Assembly: GCA_039179985.1 (NCBI GenBank)
Contig: JBCDED010000009.1
Location: 147-64,146 of the forward strand
Length of the DNA: 64,000 nucleotides
Reading direction: 5' to 3'
Origin: Pseudomonadota bacterium
GTDB lineage: Bacteria > Pseudomonadota > Alphaproteobacteria > Rhodobacterales > Rhodobacteraceae
Positions 1 to 8,849 of this stretch are shown here, piece after piece. Under the pieces are notes generated by a model. That model had not been told where the DNA came from, ran no database searches, and saw nothing but the letters and a program-made list of their open reading frames with translations. Every line of letters starts with the position of its first letter. The first letter of the stretch is position 1. Both the position numbers and the translations under genes were made by a program.

Positions 1-559
1 TGTCGACCTCGTCGATATAGACGATGCCGCGTTGCGCACGCTCGACGTTGTATTCTGAGGCCTGAAGCAGTTTCAGTATGATGTTCTCGACATCCTCGCC
101 TACGTAGCCGGCTTCGGTCAGCGTGGTGGCATCGGCCATCGTGAAGGGCACATCAAGGATGCGGGCGAGCGTCTGGGCAAGCAGCGTTTTACCGCAGCCG
201 GTTGGGCCGATCAGAAGGATATTGGACTTCGCCAGTTCGATCTCATTCGACTTCGATGCGTGGTTCAGGCGCTTGTAGTGGTTATGGACCGCAACCGAAA
301 GAACACGTTTGGCATGGCCCTGCCCGATCACGTAGTCGTCGAGCACTTCACAGATTTCTTTGGGGGTCGGGACGCCGTCGGAGGCCTTGAGCCCGGCCGA
401 TTTCGTCTCTTCCCGGATGATATCCATGCACAGCTCGACGCATTCATCGCAGATGAAAACCGTAGGACCGGCGATAAGTTTGCGAACCTCATGCTGACTT
501 TTCCCGCAGAACGAGCAGTAGAGCGTGTTCTTGCTGTCAGAGCCGGAGTTATTCGCCAT
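1..559 (-). CDS. clpX: ATP-dependent Clp protease ATP-binding subunit ClpX, 5' part only (gene runs off the left edge)
   Basis: Absent from the ORF track because no stop lies inside the window. My reverse-strand translation from ATG 559..557 reads [44 protein letters not shown] (C4 zinc finger), then [25 protein letters not shown] (Walker A), then GIVYIDEVD. Lies directly downstream of clpP. Confidence 0.95.
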   Translation of the reverse strand, partial: MANNSGSDSKNTLYCSFCGKSQHEVRKLIAGPTVFICDECVELCMDIIREETKSAGLKASDGVPTPKEICEVLDDYVIGQGHAKRVLSVAVHNHYKRLNHASKSNEIELAKSNILLIGPTGCGKTLLAQTLARILDVPFTMADATTLTEAGYVGEDVENIILKLLQASEYNVERAQRGIVYIDEVD

Positions 560-686
560 CTTGCACCTTTCAGGAGCCCAAAAGCCCATATCTTGCCCGC
601 CTCGGCGGGACTTGCACGAAGCCTAGAACACCGCAAACCGCTCTACAACGCCTAAATCCTGCCTCGGCGTCACAGGTGTATCACCG

Positions 687-1307
687 TCATTCCGGTGTAT
701 CGCGATTGACCACAATCTGATCTATCAGGCCCCATTCCTTCGCTTCTTCGGGCGACATGAAGTTGTCGCGCTCAAGGGCATCTTCGACCGACTTCAGGTC
801 CTGCCCGGTATGTTCGACATAGATTTCATTCAGCCGGGCCTTCAGTTTCTGAGTTTCGCGAGCGTGGATCAGAATGTCCGTCGCCTGACCCTGATAGCCC
901 CCCGAAGGTTGATGAACCATGATCCGGCTGTTGGGCAGCGAGAAGCGCATGTCCTTGGCGCCAGCGGCCAGAAGGAGCGACCCCATGGACGCCGCCTGCC
1001 CGACGCAAAGCGTGGAAACGGCGGGGCGGATGTACTGCATTGTATCGTAAATCGACAGCCCCGAGGTCACCACACCGCCCGGGCTGTTGATATACATTGA
1101 GATTTCTTTGGATGGGTTCTCGGCCTCAAGATGCAGAAGCTGCGCCACGATGAGACTCGACATGCCGTCGTACACCGGGCCGGAGAGAAAGATAATACGC
1201 TCTTTCAGGAGCCGAGAGAAAATGTCGTAGGCCCGCTCGCCGCGGCTGGTCTGTTCGACCACCATCGGGACAAGGGTGTTCATGTAAGTCTCGAAAGGAT
1301 CGTGCAT
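687..1307 (-). CDS. clpP: ATP-dependent Clp protease proteolytic subunit ClpP
   Basis: 206-aa ORF with [30 protein letters not shown] (catalytic Ser context) and IMVHQPSGG. Followed by clpX. Confidence 0.97.
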   Translation of the reverse strand: MHDPFETYMNTLVPMVVEQTSRGERAYDIFSRLLKERIIFLSGPVYDGMSSLIVAQLLHLEAENPSKEISMYINSPGGVVTSGLSIYDTMQYIRPAVSTLCVGQAASMGSLLLAAGAKDMRFSLPNSRIMVHQPSGGYQGQATDILIHARETQKLKARLNEIYVEHTGQDLKSVEDALERDNFMSPEEAKEWGLIDQIVVNRDTPE

Positions 1308-1511
1308 TCGGCCTGCCTCTGCTGCCGCGGTGGTCCATCGCGCCGCCGCGTCGGGTGAGTCTTAGTGGTCGCGCCGGGGGGCTGCAAGGGCACCCCATGC
1401 GAAATGACCTGGTCATACCGGAGAAGCCGCGAATTCCGGTCCTGCAGGGTGACGCTCTCACGCGCCGGCGCCCGTCGGTCACGCGGCCGCGTGAGGCAAA
1501 GGATCACGCTC

Positions 1512-2543
1512 TCAAGGCCGGTTGACGACCGATTGCAAAAGAGGCCCGGTGGCCTCTGAAGCAGTCATTGCGAAATCGGAAAACCGCCCGCGTCCCGCGC
1601 CTTTCGCAGCGTAGAGCGCCCTATCGGCACAGTTGAGAAGCAAGTCGATGCTGGCCACCTTGTGATCTGCGCTCAGCGACGCTCCTACGCTCGCTGACAC
1701 ACGCAGGCTTTGCCCCTCGAAGGCTATCGGCGCCTCAAGCCGGGCGATGATCCGTTCGCCCAGGCTTCTCACACGCTGCCGTCGCATCTGTCCGGACAGG
1801 ATCACGATAAACTCATCCCCGCCAACCCTTGCGACCAGATCGTCGCGGCGGGTTTCATCCAGAAAGACCTGCGCGGCAGCCTGTAAAACAGCATCGCCGG
1901 CGGCGTGCCCGAAGGTATCGTTTACCTCCTTGAAATGATCGAGATCGACATGCAGCAGGACGAAGGGCGCACACATTTCGAGGCGGCGGGACAGGTCACG
2001 CTCCATAGCGCGGCGGTTTGCAAGCCCCGTGAGCGGGTCCGTCAAGGCGAGGTCTTCAGCGCGGCTGCGGGCGTGTTCGAGCCGGGCGTTTAGCTGCCGC
2101 GACTCCTGCAGGACGGCCGATTGCGCCTCGTGCAGGTAGAGCAGTTCGATCGTCAGGTCCGTCGGCGCAAAGTCGGACACGGTCAGACCGTAGGTTCCGA
2201 CAGCTTCGATGACCGAGATCCCAAAGGAGAGATCAAGCAGATAGCCCCGGTCCTCAGGCAGCGGCACCAGGCAACCCCTCAGCCCGCGCTCTTCGGTGTG
2301 CCTGAGCGACAATCGCAGTTTCGTCCCCGCCACAAGCGACAGGGACGCCATATCTTCAAGGCCGCTGGGCCGGCGCACGACAAAGGCGTCAAAAAAGCGC
2401 TTGCCGACCAGGCACTCGTTCTGGGTCAGTTTCGCCAGCGTCGGTGCGCAGTGGGCAATCGTCCCTTCCGGCGTCAACTGGCAATGCATGGGCATCACCT
2501 GGTCCAGCGCCTCGGTGTTTTCGAAGATGGAAGACATTGTCAT
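1512..2543 (-). CDS. H-NOX-associated diguanylate cyclase (N-terminal sensor/association region + GGDEF domain)
   Basis: ORF track gives 1512..2603. I prefer ATG at 2543 (MTMSSIFENTE), 4 nt after the H-NOX stop codon. GGDEF domain motifs: DPLTGLANRR, FKEVNDTFGHAAGD, and an RxxD I-site (RRDD) five residues before VGGDEFIVIL. Confidence 0.9.
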   Translation of the reverse strand: MTMSSIFENTEALDQVMPMHCQLTPEGTIAHCAPTLAKLTQNECLVGKRFFDAFVVRRPSGLEDMASLSLVAGTKLRLSLRHTEERGLRGCLVPLPEDRGYLLDLSFGISVIEAVGTYGLTVSDFAPTDLTIELLYLHEAQSAVLQESRQLNARLEHARSRAEDLALTDPLTGLANRRAMERDLSRRLEMCAPFVLLHVDLDHFKEVNDTFGHAAGDAVLQAAAQVFLDETRRDDLVARVGGDEFIVILSGQMRRQRVRSLGERIIARLEAPIAFEGQSLRVSASVGASLSADHKVASIDLLLNCADRALYAAKGAGRGRFSDFAMTASEATGPLLQSVVNRP

Positions 2544-2547
2544 GACC

Positions 2548-3135
2548 TCATCCCACCCTCGCCGCCAGCTCGAACACCCTGCCTTTGGCAAACTGGGACT
2601 CAAGTAACGTGATCTTCAGAAACTCCCGTGCGCCTTCCGACCGTTCGTAATTCAGAAAGACCAGCGCGCCGTAGTCGTCCGCCATAGAGCGCAGAAGACC
2701 CACAAGAATGTGTCCGAAGCCCGGCACCCGGAAACTGGAACACAACCGGAATTCGCCGTTTCCGAGATCCTCCAGCGCGAGATGGGGCAGCTCGAGGTCC
2801 GGCACGGCCAGCCGGGCGCGATCGTGCAGGTCATCCAGCGAATAAAGAAACTCGACAAAATTCACCCCACCAAAACGCAACAACCTGCGCAGCGGTTCGA
2901 GGTTCTTGTGCGACACAAGGTAGTTGCCGAGATCCTCCAGAAGCTCTTCGCGCGTCTTTTCCAACTGCCCACCGGCAGCGTCGACGACAGCAAGAGTCAT
3001 GTCATCGTCATAGATCACGAGCGCCTCGAAACCGGAAATCGGCAGACCTGCACCGCGCACGGATGCTTGCCAGACCTCCGGCCCATAAGTGTCGCTCAGG
3101 AAAGACTGAATGGACTTGTTGATCAGACCGTGCAT
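2548..3135 (-). CDS. hnoX: H-NOX (heme nitric oxide/oxygen binding) sensor protein
   Basis: 195-aa ORF. N-terminus MHGLINKSIQSFLSDTYGPEVW is typical of H-NOX/HNOB domains. Candidate proximal His in FLYSLDDLH (aa 104), and S-x-R of the heme-propionate motif in CSSFR. Immediately upstream of a GGDEF gene. Confidence 0.85.
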   Translation of the reverse strand: MHGLINKSIQSFLSDTYGPEVWQASVRGAGLPISGFEALVIYDDDMTLAVVDAAGGQLEKTREELLEDLGNYLVSHKNLEPLRRLLRFGGVNFVEFLYSLDDLHDRARLAVPDLELPHLALEDLGNGEFRLCSSFRVPGFGHILVGLLRSMADDYGALVFLNYERSEGAREFLKITLLESQFAKGRVFELAARVG

Positions 3136-3194
3136 GCCAGTGTCCGCGCTTGGTTGGCGAACCCTAGCAGGAGCCAGCTTAAGAAAAGCCCAAT

Positions 3195-3209
3195 GAATTC
3201 TGAGAATTC
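3195..3209. promoter_or_regulatory. GAATTCT-GA-GAATTC repeat in an AT-rich patch upstream of hnoX (possible operator; function unknown)
   Basis: The sequence gaattctgagaattc was read directly, 60-75 nt upstream of the hnoX ATG at 3135. It contains two self-palindromic GAATTC cores with 9-nt periodicity in otherwise GC-rich DNA. Confidence 0.2.
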
Positions 3210-3236
3210 TAGGAAAATCCCGACCGAGCCAGACGG

Positions 3237-4793
3237 TTAGAAATCGGTCGGTGCGCCACCTTCGGCCTTACGGCGTTCAACGAACGCAGCAAGCTCTTCA
3301 CGAATGCCCGGATCAAGCGGAGGCGCTTCAAACTCGTTTATGATCTGCTTGAACTGCCTATGCGCGCGCTCGGCCGTCCAGATGCCCCCGGCAAGATCCC
3401 AGCCTTCGTAGTTGCGCCAGTCCGATAGAAACGGCTGGTAGAACGCCGTCTCATAGCGTTCCTGCGTGTGCCCGGTCCCGAAGAAATGCCCGTTCGGGCC
3501 AACCTCGCTGATGGCGTCAACGGCCAGCGACGCGTCAGATGTGTCGACGATCGGCGGCTCGAAGTATCGCAGGATCATCTGGATCACTTCGCAATCCATG
3601 ATGAACTTTTCCGGGCTGGCGATCAGCCCGCCCTCAAGCCAGCCCGCCGCATGGTAGATCATGTTCGTGCTCGACTGAACTGCAGCCCACAGACTGTTCG
3701 ACGTCTCCCACATTGCCTGTCCGTCCGGCACATTGGCCGCACAGGACCCCGACGAACGCAAGGGAAGCCCGTAGAAACGCGCCATCTGTCCTGTGATCTG
3801 CGTCGCGCGCATGTATTCGGGCGTGCCAAAGGCCGGAGCGCCGGATTTCATATCGACGTTTGACGTGAAGGTCCCGATTACACAGGGGCAGCCCGGCTTG
3901 ACGTACTGAAAGAGCGCGATGGCCGACAGCGCCTCCGCCAGCGACTGCGCCACCGCCCCGGCCATGGTAACGGGCGCCATGGCGCCGGCCAGCGTAAACG
4001 GGGTCACGACCACCGCCTGCCCGCGGCGAATGAGACGCAGACAGCCATCGATCATCGGGACGTCGTGCTTAAGCGGAGAGGTGGAGTTGATGTTGGTATA
4101 CATTCGCGGCGTAGCGTCGAACGCGTCATCGCTAAGTCCACCGGCGATGCGCACCATCTCGATCACGTCTTCCACCCGTTCTTTGCCAAGCGAGTAGGCG
4201 TGCATGACCTTGTCGGAAAGGGTCAGCTTGTCGAAGAGCACATCAAGGTGCCGCTCCCGCGCGTGGATGTCCACGGGTTCGACCGGGTATCCGCCCGCGA
4301 AATGAATGCAGTTGAAGTACTGGGTCAGCTTCAGAAGATTGGCGCATTGTTCGCGTGTGCCCGGAACCTTACCGGTCTCCAGATCCCAGTAGTTGGGCGG
4401 TGAAGAGACGTTGCCAAATAGGATGGTGTCGCCACCCACCCGCAGAGTTCTCTCTGGATTGCGCGGCGTCAGGGTGAACTCGCTTGGCGCCTTCGCCACC
4501 ATTTCCATCACAAAGTCGCGGCCAAGCCGCACGTTCGTGCCATTGACCGTGGCGCCTGCCTCTTTGAAGATCTCAAGGCTCTCTTCGTTGAGGAATTCGA
4601 TCCCGATATTCTCAAGGATCTGCATGGCTGCGTTGTGAACCGCGTTCACCCCCTCGGCGTCCAGCGGTTCAGTCGGGCGATCGGTGTTGTGCGGGTTGCG
4701 CCAGGGCATCTGAGCGATAGCGAGCCCGCTGGAGCGGCGAGTATTGCCCGCACGCCCGCCTGATCTTCTGCGCTTTGTCGCTGCTTCGGCCAT
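3237..4793 (-). CDS. Trimethylamine methyltransferase (MttB) superfamily protein, non-pyrrolysine type
   Basis: Uninterrupted 518-aa ORF with no in-frame TAG. It has the Arg-rich N-terminus followed by LDAEGVNAVHNAAMQILENIGIEF and an MttB-like TIM-barrel core typical of proteobacterial MttB homologues. Confidence 0.85.
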   Translation of the reverse strand: MAEAATKRRRSGGRAGNTRRSSGLAIAQMPWRNPHNTDRPTEPLDAEGVNAVHNAAMQILENIGIEFLNEESLEIFKEAGATVNGTNVRLGRDFVMEMVAKAPSEFTLTPRNPERTLRVGGDTILFGNVSSPPNYWDLETGKVPGTREQCANLLKLTQYFNCIHFAGGYPVEPVDIHARERHLDVLFDKLTLSDKVMHAYSLGKERVEDVIEMVRIAGGLSDDAFDATPRMYTNINSTSPLKHDVPMIDGCLRLIRRGQAVVVTPFTLAGAMAPVTMAGAVAQSLAEALSAIALFQYVKPGCPCVIGTFTSNVDMKSGAPAFGTPEYMRATQITGQMARFYGLPLRSSGSCAANVPDGQAMWETSNSLWAAVQSSTNMIYHAAGWLEGGLIASPEKFIMDCEVIQMILRYFEPPIVDTSDASLAVDAISEVGPNGHFFGTGHTQERYETAFYQPFLSDWRNYEGWDLAGGIWTAERAHRQFKQIINEFEAPPLDPGIREELAAFVERRKAEGGAPTDF

Positions 4794-4882
4794 CGGTCCG
4801 CTCCCGGTTGCTGCCGGTCATGCTGAACCGACGCGCAGGTCGCGCCATGGCCGTTTCCGACGGCTTTCGTCGTTTTTGGATT

Positions 4883-5599
4883 TCAGGCGACGCTTTCGGC
4901 CAGCTCCTCCCGGTCGAGCCACACAGGCAGATGCCCAACATCGGCCAGAACCGTATCCGCCAGTTCGGCAAGCACCGCCTCTTCCGCGTGTCCGGTCAGC
5001 ACCGCGACCGTCCGCATCCCGGCGGCCCGCCCTGCAATAAGATCATGGGCGCTGTCCCCGACCATCACCACCGCACGCGGATCGAGCCCAAGACGATCGC
5101 AGAATGCCAAAAGCATGCCCGGGTCGGGTTTCGCCCCATGGCCGCTGTCGGATCCGGCGATAAAGTCGAAAAGATCGGCGATACCCGCGGTCTGAAGATG
5201 CGCGCGCGCCGGGGCTTCCGCGTCGTTCGTCGCCACTCCAAGCCGAAGGCCACGCCCCCTGAGCCCTCCCAAAAGCGCATCGAGCGGCGCCGCCGGCGAC
5301 AGGGGCGCTTCCGCCGCCGAGACATTGATCCGCGCCACCAGAATCTGCGGATTGGCGCCGGGCAAATGCTCAAGCAGGACCTCGGCAATTTCGCCCGGCG
5401 TCCCGGAAATAGCCGGGCTTCCGGCCATAAATGTCCGGCTGTCCATATCAAAACCAACCGCCTGACCTAGCCTCCGGGCATGGATCCGGTCGCCGCGCGC
5501 CAGATCGAGCAAAAACCTGTCAGCCCACGCGCCCCATGTGGCATGAAAATCGAATAGGGTTCCGTCCTTGTCGAAAAGGACGCCGCAAATCCGGCCCAT
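4883..5599 (-). CDS. HAD-superfamily hydrolase (phosphoglycolate phosphatase-like)
   Basis: HAD motif I in VLFDKDGTLFD, motif II in GVATND, motif III/IV in KPDP...MVGDSAHD. Confidence 0.85.
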   Translation of the reverse strand: MGRICGVLFDKDGTLFDFHATWGAWADRFLLDLARGDRIHARRLGQAVGFDMDSRTFMAGSPAISGTPGEIAEVLLEHLPGANPQILVARINVSAAEAPLSPAAPLDALLGGLRGRGLRLGVATNDAEAPARAHLQTAGIADLFDFIAGSDSGHGAKPDPGMLLAFCDRLGLDPRAVVMVGDSAHDLIAGRAAGMRTVAVLTGHAEEAVLAELADTVLADVGHLPVWLDREELAESVA

Positions 5600-5624
5600 T
5601 GTTCCTCCCTGAATACGCCATAGC

Positions 5625-5638
5625 AGGCGCGCGCGCCT
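5625..5638. repeat. Perfect 14-bp GC palindrome AGGCGCGCGCGCCT in the HAD/marR divergent spacer
   Basis: Read directly. It includes a 10-nt alternating GC run. A regulatory role (MarR operator?) is unproven. Confidence 0.2.
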
Positions 5639-5730
5639 ATTGAGACCTTTTGGTACCAGCCGCGTGACAGACGATGTGGTCTGCTCGCCCTAGATTGACA
5701 GGCCGCGCTCGTTATTTGACGCTTTGATGT

Positions 5731-6186
5731 ATGTCTGAAACAGGAAAATACCGGTTACACGCGTCGTTGGGTTATCAACTGTCCCTCACCGCTAGAGTGC
5801 AGGAAAAACGCCTCGATGAGAAGCTGAAATCCATCGAGCTCACGCGCGTGACCTGGTGCGTGCTGCTTGCAATTGTAAATGAAGGGCTTCTTCGGCCTTC
5901 CGAGATTGCAACATTCGTGGGCATCGACCGCACCGCGACATCCCGGGCCCTCAAGCAGATGGAAGCGGCAGGACTAATCGAGCGGACCGCGGGAACGGGC
6001 GACCGGCGGACGCGCACAGCTTCGGCCACGGCGGCTGGCATGGCGCTGGTCGGCAAGGGCACACCGATGGCCGAAGACAATGCCCGCCTTCTGTCTGAAA
6101 AGCTGACGGCGCAGGAAGAACAGGACCTGCGCGCCCTTCTTGCAAAACTCCGAAAGGGCGAAGAAATCGCCCTAGACCACTTCTAG
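5731..6186 (+). CDS. MarR family transcriptional regulator
   Basis: 151-aa ORF with a winged-helix region LTRVTWCVLLAIVNEGLLRPSEIATFVGIDRTATSRALKQMEAAGLIERTAGTGDRR. Confidence 0.9.
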   Translation: MSETGKYRLHASLGYQLSLTARVQEKRLDEKLKSIELTRVTWCVLLAIVNEGLLRPSEIATFVGIDRTATSRALKQMEAAGLIERTAGTGDRRTRTASATAAGMALVGKGTPMAEDNARLLSEKLTAQEEQDLRALLAKLRKGEEIALDHF

Positions 6187-6202
6187 GACCGGCTGACGCG
6201 CC

Positions 6203-6481
6203 CTAGGTCCAGTGCACCTGCTCACCTCCCGGCAGAGCACCGCGTGCGGCCAGCGGAGCATCATAGGGGTGGCCCCTGGCATCGCAGAACGCAATGACCC
6301 AGGCATCGTCCTGCGTCAGAAAATCAAGCACCGCCAAAAGCACCTCGGGATCGTTCGCCTTGGCGCGCAAAATGTCTGCCGAAAGCCCGCTGTCTGACAG
6401 AAAAACCTGCCCTAGATCGCCGCTTGCGAAGAGCCAGGCCAGAACTTCGAGCGCCAGCGCTTCGGCGGATTCTTGCGACAT
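6203..6481 (-). CDS. DUF3572-like small protein
   Basis: ORF track gives 6203..6655. I prefer ATG at 6481 (MSQESAEALALEVLAWLFASGDLGQVFL...), which matches the usual ~90-aa form. Divergent from a PleD-like gene, a common alphaproteobacterial arrangement. Confidence 0.65.
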   Translation of the reverse strand: MSQESAEALALEVLAWLFASGDLGQVFLSDSGLSADILRAKANDPEVLLAVLDFLTQDDAWVIAFCDARGHPYDAPLAARGALPGGEQVHWT

Positions 6482-6572
6482 GGGCGCTCTCTCGGCAGGG
6501 CAAAAAGGAAGTGTTAACCAATCGGAGGCACTACTCAATCGCACCTGAAATTTGAATCGAATTGTGAAGATC

Positions 6573-7937
6573 ATGGCGCGACGCGTGGTTTTGATCGACG
6601 GGACTGCCAGCAGCCGTATCCTGCTCTCGTCAAAGCTGCGGGCGGGCGGATACATCGTGGATCAGGCCGCAACCGAGGCCGAAGGGCTGGAGCGCATCTC
6701 TGAACACCTGCCCGATGCGGTCATAATCTCGGACGACAGCGTCCCCGCACCGACACAGGTGGCCGCTATCCTCAAGTCACCCCCGCGTCCGCTGTCGGTA
6801 CCGGTTCTGGTCATCGCCCCGTCAGGGGCGGACACCGATGAACCGAGCCTTGCTGACGCTGTCATTCCTTGCCCAGTGAACGAAACCCTTCTGATGGCCC
6901 GTTTGCGCAGCGTCATCCGTGTCCGAGACATGGAAGAAGAACTCCTCCTGCGCTCAAAAACCTACCGCGAACTCGGCCTTGCCGAAGCGCAGGCGGAATT
7001 CGCCGTCCAGGGGAAAGTCCTCTGCGCCTCTGCGCCCGACCAACGCCCCTTCCATCTGTCCGCGTCCTCCGCGAATACCTGGAACTGGGTCCGGATCGAT
7101 ACGGTCATCGCCACGCTTGACGGCTGCGGACCGCAAGATTTGGTTGTGCTCGACCTTCGGGGCGACCTGGCGGCGGCATCGACGCTCAGTCTGCTCGCCG
7201 AACTCCGCTGCCGCACCGAAACGCGTCACGCGTGCATTTTTGTTGTCTTGCCCAACGGGTCGGAGGATCTGGCGGCCATGGCCCTCGACCTTGGCGCCAG
7301 CGACATTGCGCTCGGGCTGCCGCCGCCCGCTGCAATGACCGCTAGGGTAGAGCGGCTGATCAAGCAAAAACGCCGCTTCGAGCGTCTGCGCCGCCAGGCG
7401 TCCGACGGAATGCAACTGGCCATCACGGACCCGCTCACCGGGCTGCACAACCGCCGCTATGCCATGTCGCATCTGGAGGCCATGTGCCAGCGCTCAGGCC
7501 GGTCCAGGCGACCCTTTGCCCTAATGATTCTCGATCTCGACCGCTTCAAATCGGATAATGACACCTATGGCCATGCGGCGGGTGACGCGGTCCTGAAGGC
7601 CGTGGCGCACCGCTTGCAGGACAATCTGCGCAGCGTTGATCTGTTGGCGCGGTTTGGCGGCGAAGAGTTTCTGGTCGCCATGCCGGAAACCAGCGAAACC
7701 GAAGCCCATACCGTCGCAGAAAGACTGTGCCGGAAGGTGGCGGAAACGTGCATCGTCCTCGATGATGGCCGGCAGATCGCGGTCACGCTGTCAATCGGGC
7801 TGGCAGTGCGCGGCGCGGCTGGTGCAGACAGCGCCACCGATGTGGTGAAAAAGGCGCTCCAGGACGCTGATCAGGCGCTCTATGGCTCCAAGGCCCAGGG
7901 TCGCAACACCGTGACGATCAGTTTCCGCGCCGCCTAG
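6573..7937 (+). CDS. PleD-like response-regulator-type diguanylate cyclase (two receiver-like domains + GGDEF)
   Basis: ORF track start 6552 is TTG; ATG at 6573 (MARRVVLIDG) is preferred. GGDEF domain motifs: DPLTGLHNRRY, FKSDNDTYGHAAGD, an I-site RSVD five residues before FGGEEFLVAM. Confidence 0.9.
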   Translation: MARRVVLIDGTASSRILLSSKLRAGGYIVDQAATEAEGLERISEHLPDAVIISDDSVPAPTQVAAILKSPPRPLSVPVLVIAPSGADTDEPSLADAVIPCPVNETLLMARLRSVIRVRDMEEELLLRSKTYRELGLAEAQAEFAVQGKVLCASAPDQRPFHLSASSANTWNWVRIDTVIATLDGCGPQDLVVLDLRGDLAAASTLSLLAELRCRTETRHACIFVVLPNGSEDLAAMALDLGASDIALGLPPPAAMTARVERLIKQKRRFERLRRQASDGMQLAITDPLTGLHNRRYAMSHLEAMCQRSGRSRRPFALMILDLDRFKSDNDTYGHAAGDAVLKAVAHRLQDNLRSVDLLARFGGEEFLVAMPETSETEAHTVAERLCRKVAETCIVLDDGRQIAVTLSIGLAVRGAAGADSATDVVKKALQDADQALYGSKAQGRNTVTISFRAA

Positions 7938-7944
7938 GCCACCG

Positions 7945-8451
7945 CTAGTTGCCGCGCGGTCCTCCGTGGCGGCGCATTCCTTTCTCGATCCGGTCCGCCA
8001 GACGCCGCCGCTCTTCAAGGCTCATCTCCGCGAGGCGTCTTGCGACGGCCGCCTGTCCGACTTCGGCCCGCGTCCCGGCGGCCTGCCGCTGGATCTCGAA
8101 GACCTCCACAACCACGGCGGGGTCGAAAGTGTCGCTGCGCAACTCCTCCAGAAGACGCGCCATCGCCGCCCGCCCGGCAACACGGCTTTCCCGAAGCTTC
8201 GGGGCCGACCGTGCGAGGTCTTGGCGCAGCGCTTTCCGGTCGTCCTGTTCCAGCACAAACCCAAGGGGGCCAAGCCCCACGTCCCGAAGGCGCGGATCGC
8301 CCTGGCGGTCCTGGGGCTCGCGGGTCAGCACGGCCCCGGTCACCACCCCGATGATCAGCAAATTTGCCGCCAGAGATACGAACAGAAGGATCCTCACCCA
8401 AAGAGGCGAACGGCTGACCGGCTCAGTAGCGGAAGTGTCCGTTTCAGCCAT
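7945..8451 (-). CDS. Membrane-anchored helical periplasmic protein, Spy/CpxP/ZraP-like ('periplasmic heavy metal sensor' type)
   Basis: 168-aa ORF with an N-terminal anchor LWVRILLFVSLAANLLIIGVVTGAVL, followed by a charged helical region. Its start lies 2 nt after the upstream gene's stop. Family assignment is by eye. Confidence 0.6.
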   Translation of the reverse strand: MAETDTSATEPVSRSPLWVRILLFVSLAANLLIIGVVTGAVLTREPQDRQGDPRLRDVGLGPLGFVLEQDDRKALRQDLARSAPKLRESRVAGRAAMARLLEELRSDTFDPAVVVEVFEIQRQAAGTRAEVGQAAVARRLAEMSLEERRRLADRIEKGMRRHGGPRGN

Positions 8452-8453
8452 GA

Positions 8454-8849
8454 TCAGCCTCCCAGTCCGGGCAGATAGGTGTCTTCAATGATCCAGAGGT
8501 TGCCCGGATCGCTTGATAAAACGTCCCCTGCCAGAATGAGGCCGAGTGTCGATTGCAGCGTCTCGGGCGGGGCAACGCCCACCCAGAGGCCCACAAGGCC
8601 AGCCGCCGCCAGGCCGCCCGCCCCGGCCCAGCCACCGAACGCGTCGAGCATTGACGACAGCGAAAACCGCGCGGCCGGGCCCGCTTGGGTCGTCTGCGTC
8701 GCCCGGGCAAGACAAACCGCTTCGGCATCGGACAGTACGCGTGCCATCAGATCCTCTGAAGGCTGCGGCGCGGCCTTGCGCGCGGCAGCAAAGAGATCTT
8801 CCAGCTTTTCCTCGCTGGTGTCTTTGCGGTTTTCTGGCAGATCAGTCAT
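8454..8849 (-). CDS. Single-pass membrane protein in the anti-sigma position (function unproven)
   Basis: ORF track gives 8454..8861. ATG at 8849 (MTDLPENRK) overlaps the ECF sigma stop by 8 nt. One TM segment, WAGAGGLAAAGLVGLWVGV. No HxxxCxxC zinc anti-sigma motif. Confidence 0.6.
   Translation of the reverse strand: MTDLPENRKDTSEEKLEDLFAAARKAAPQPSEDLMARVLSDAEAVCLARATQTTQAGPAARFSLSSMLDAFGGWAGAGGLAAAGLVGLWVGVAPPETLQSTLGLILAGDVLSSDPGNLWIIEDTYLPGLGG

Noticed and set aside
596-609. GC hairpin CCCGC-CTCG-GCGGG in the clpP-clpX spacer as an attenuator or terminator
   Set aside because: The stem is only 5 bp, and the nearest U-run on the transcribed strand is about 12 nt downstream. That is insufficient to call an intrinsic terminator.
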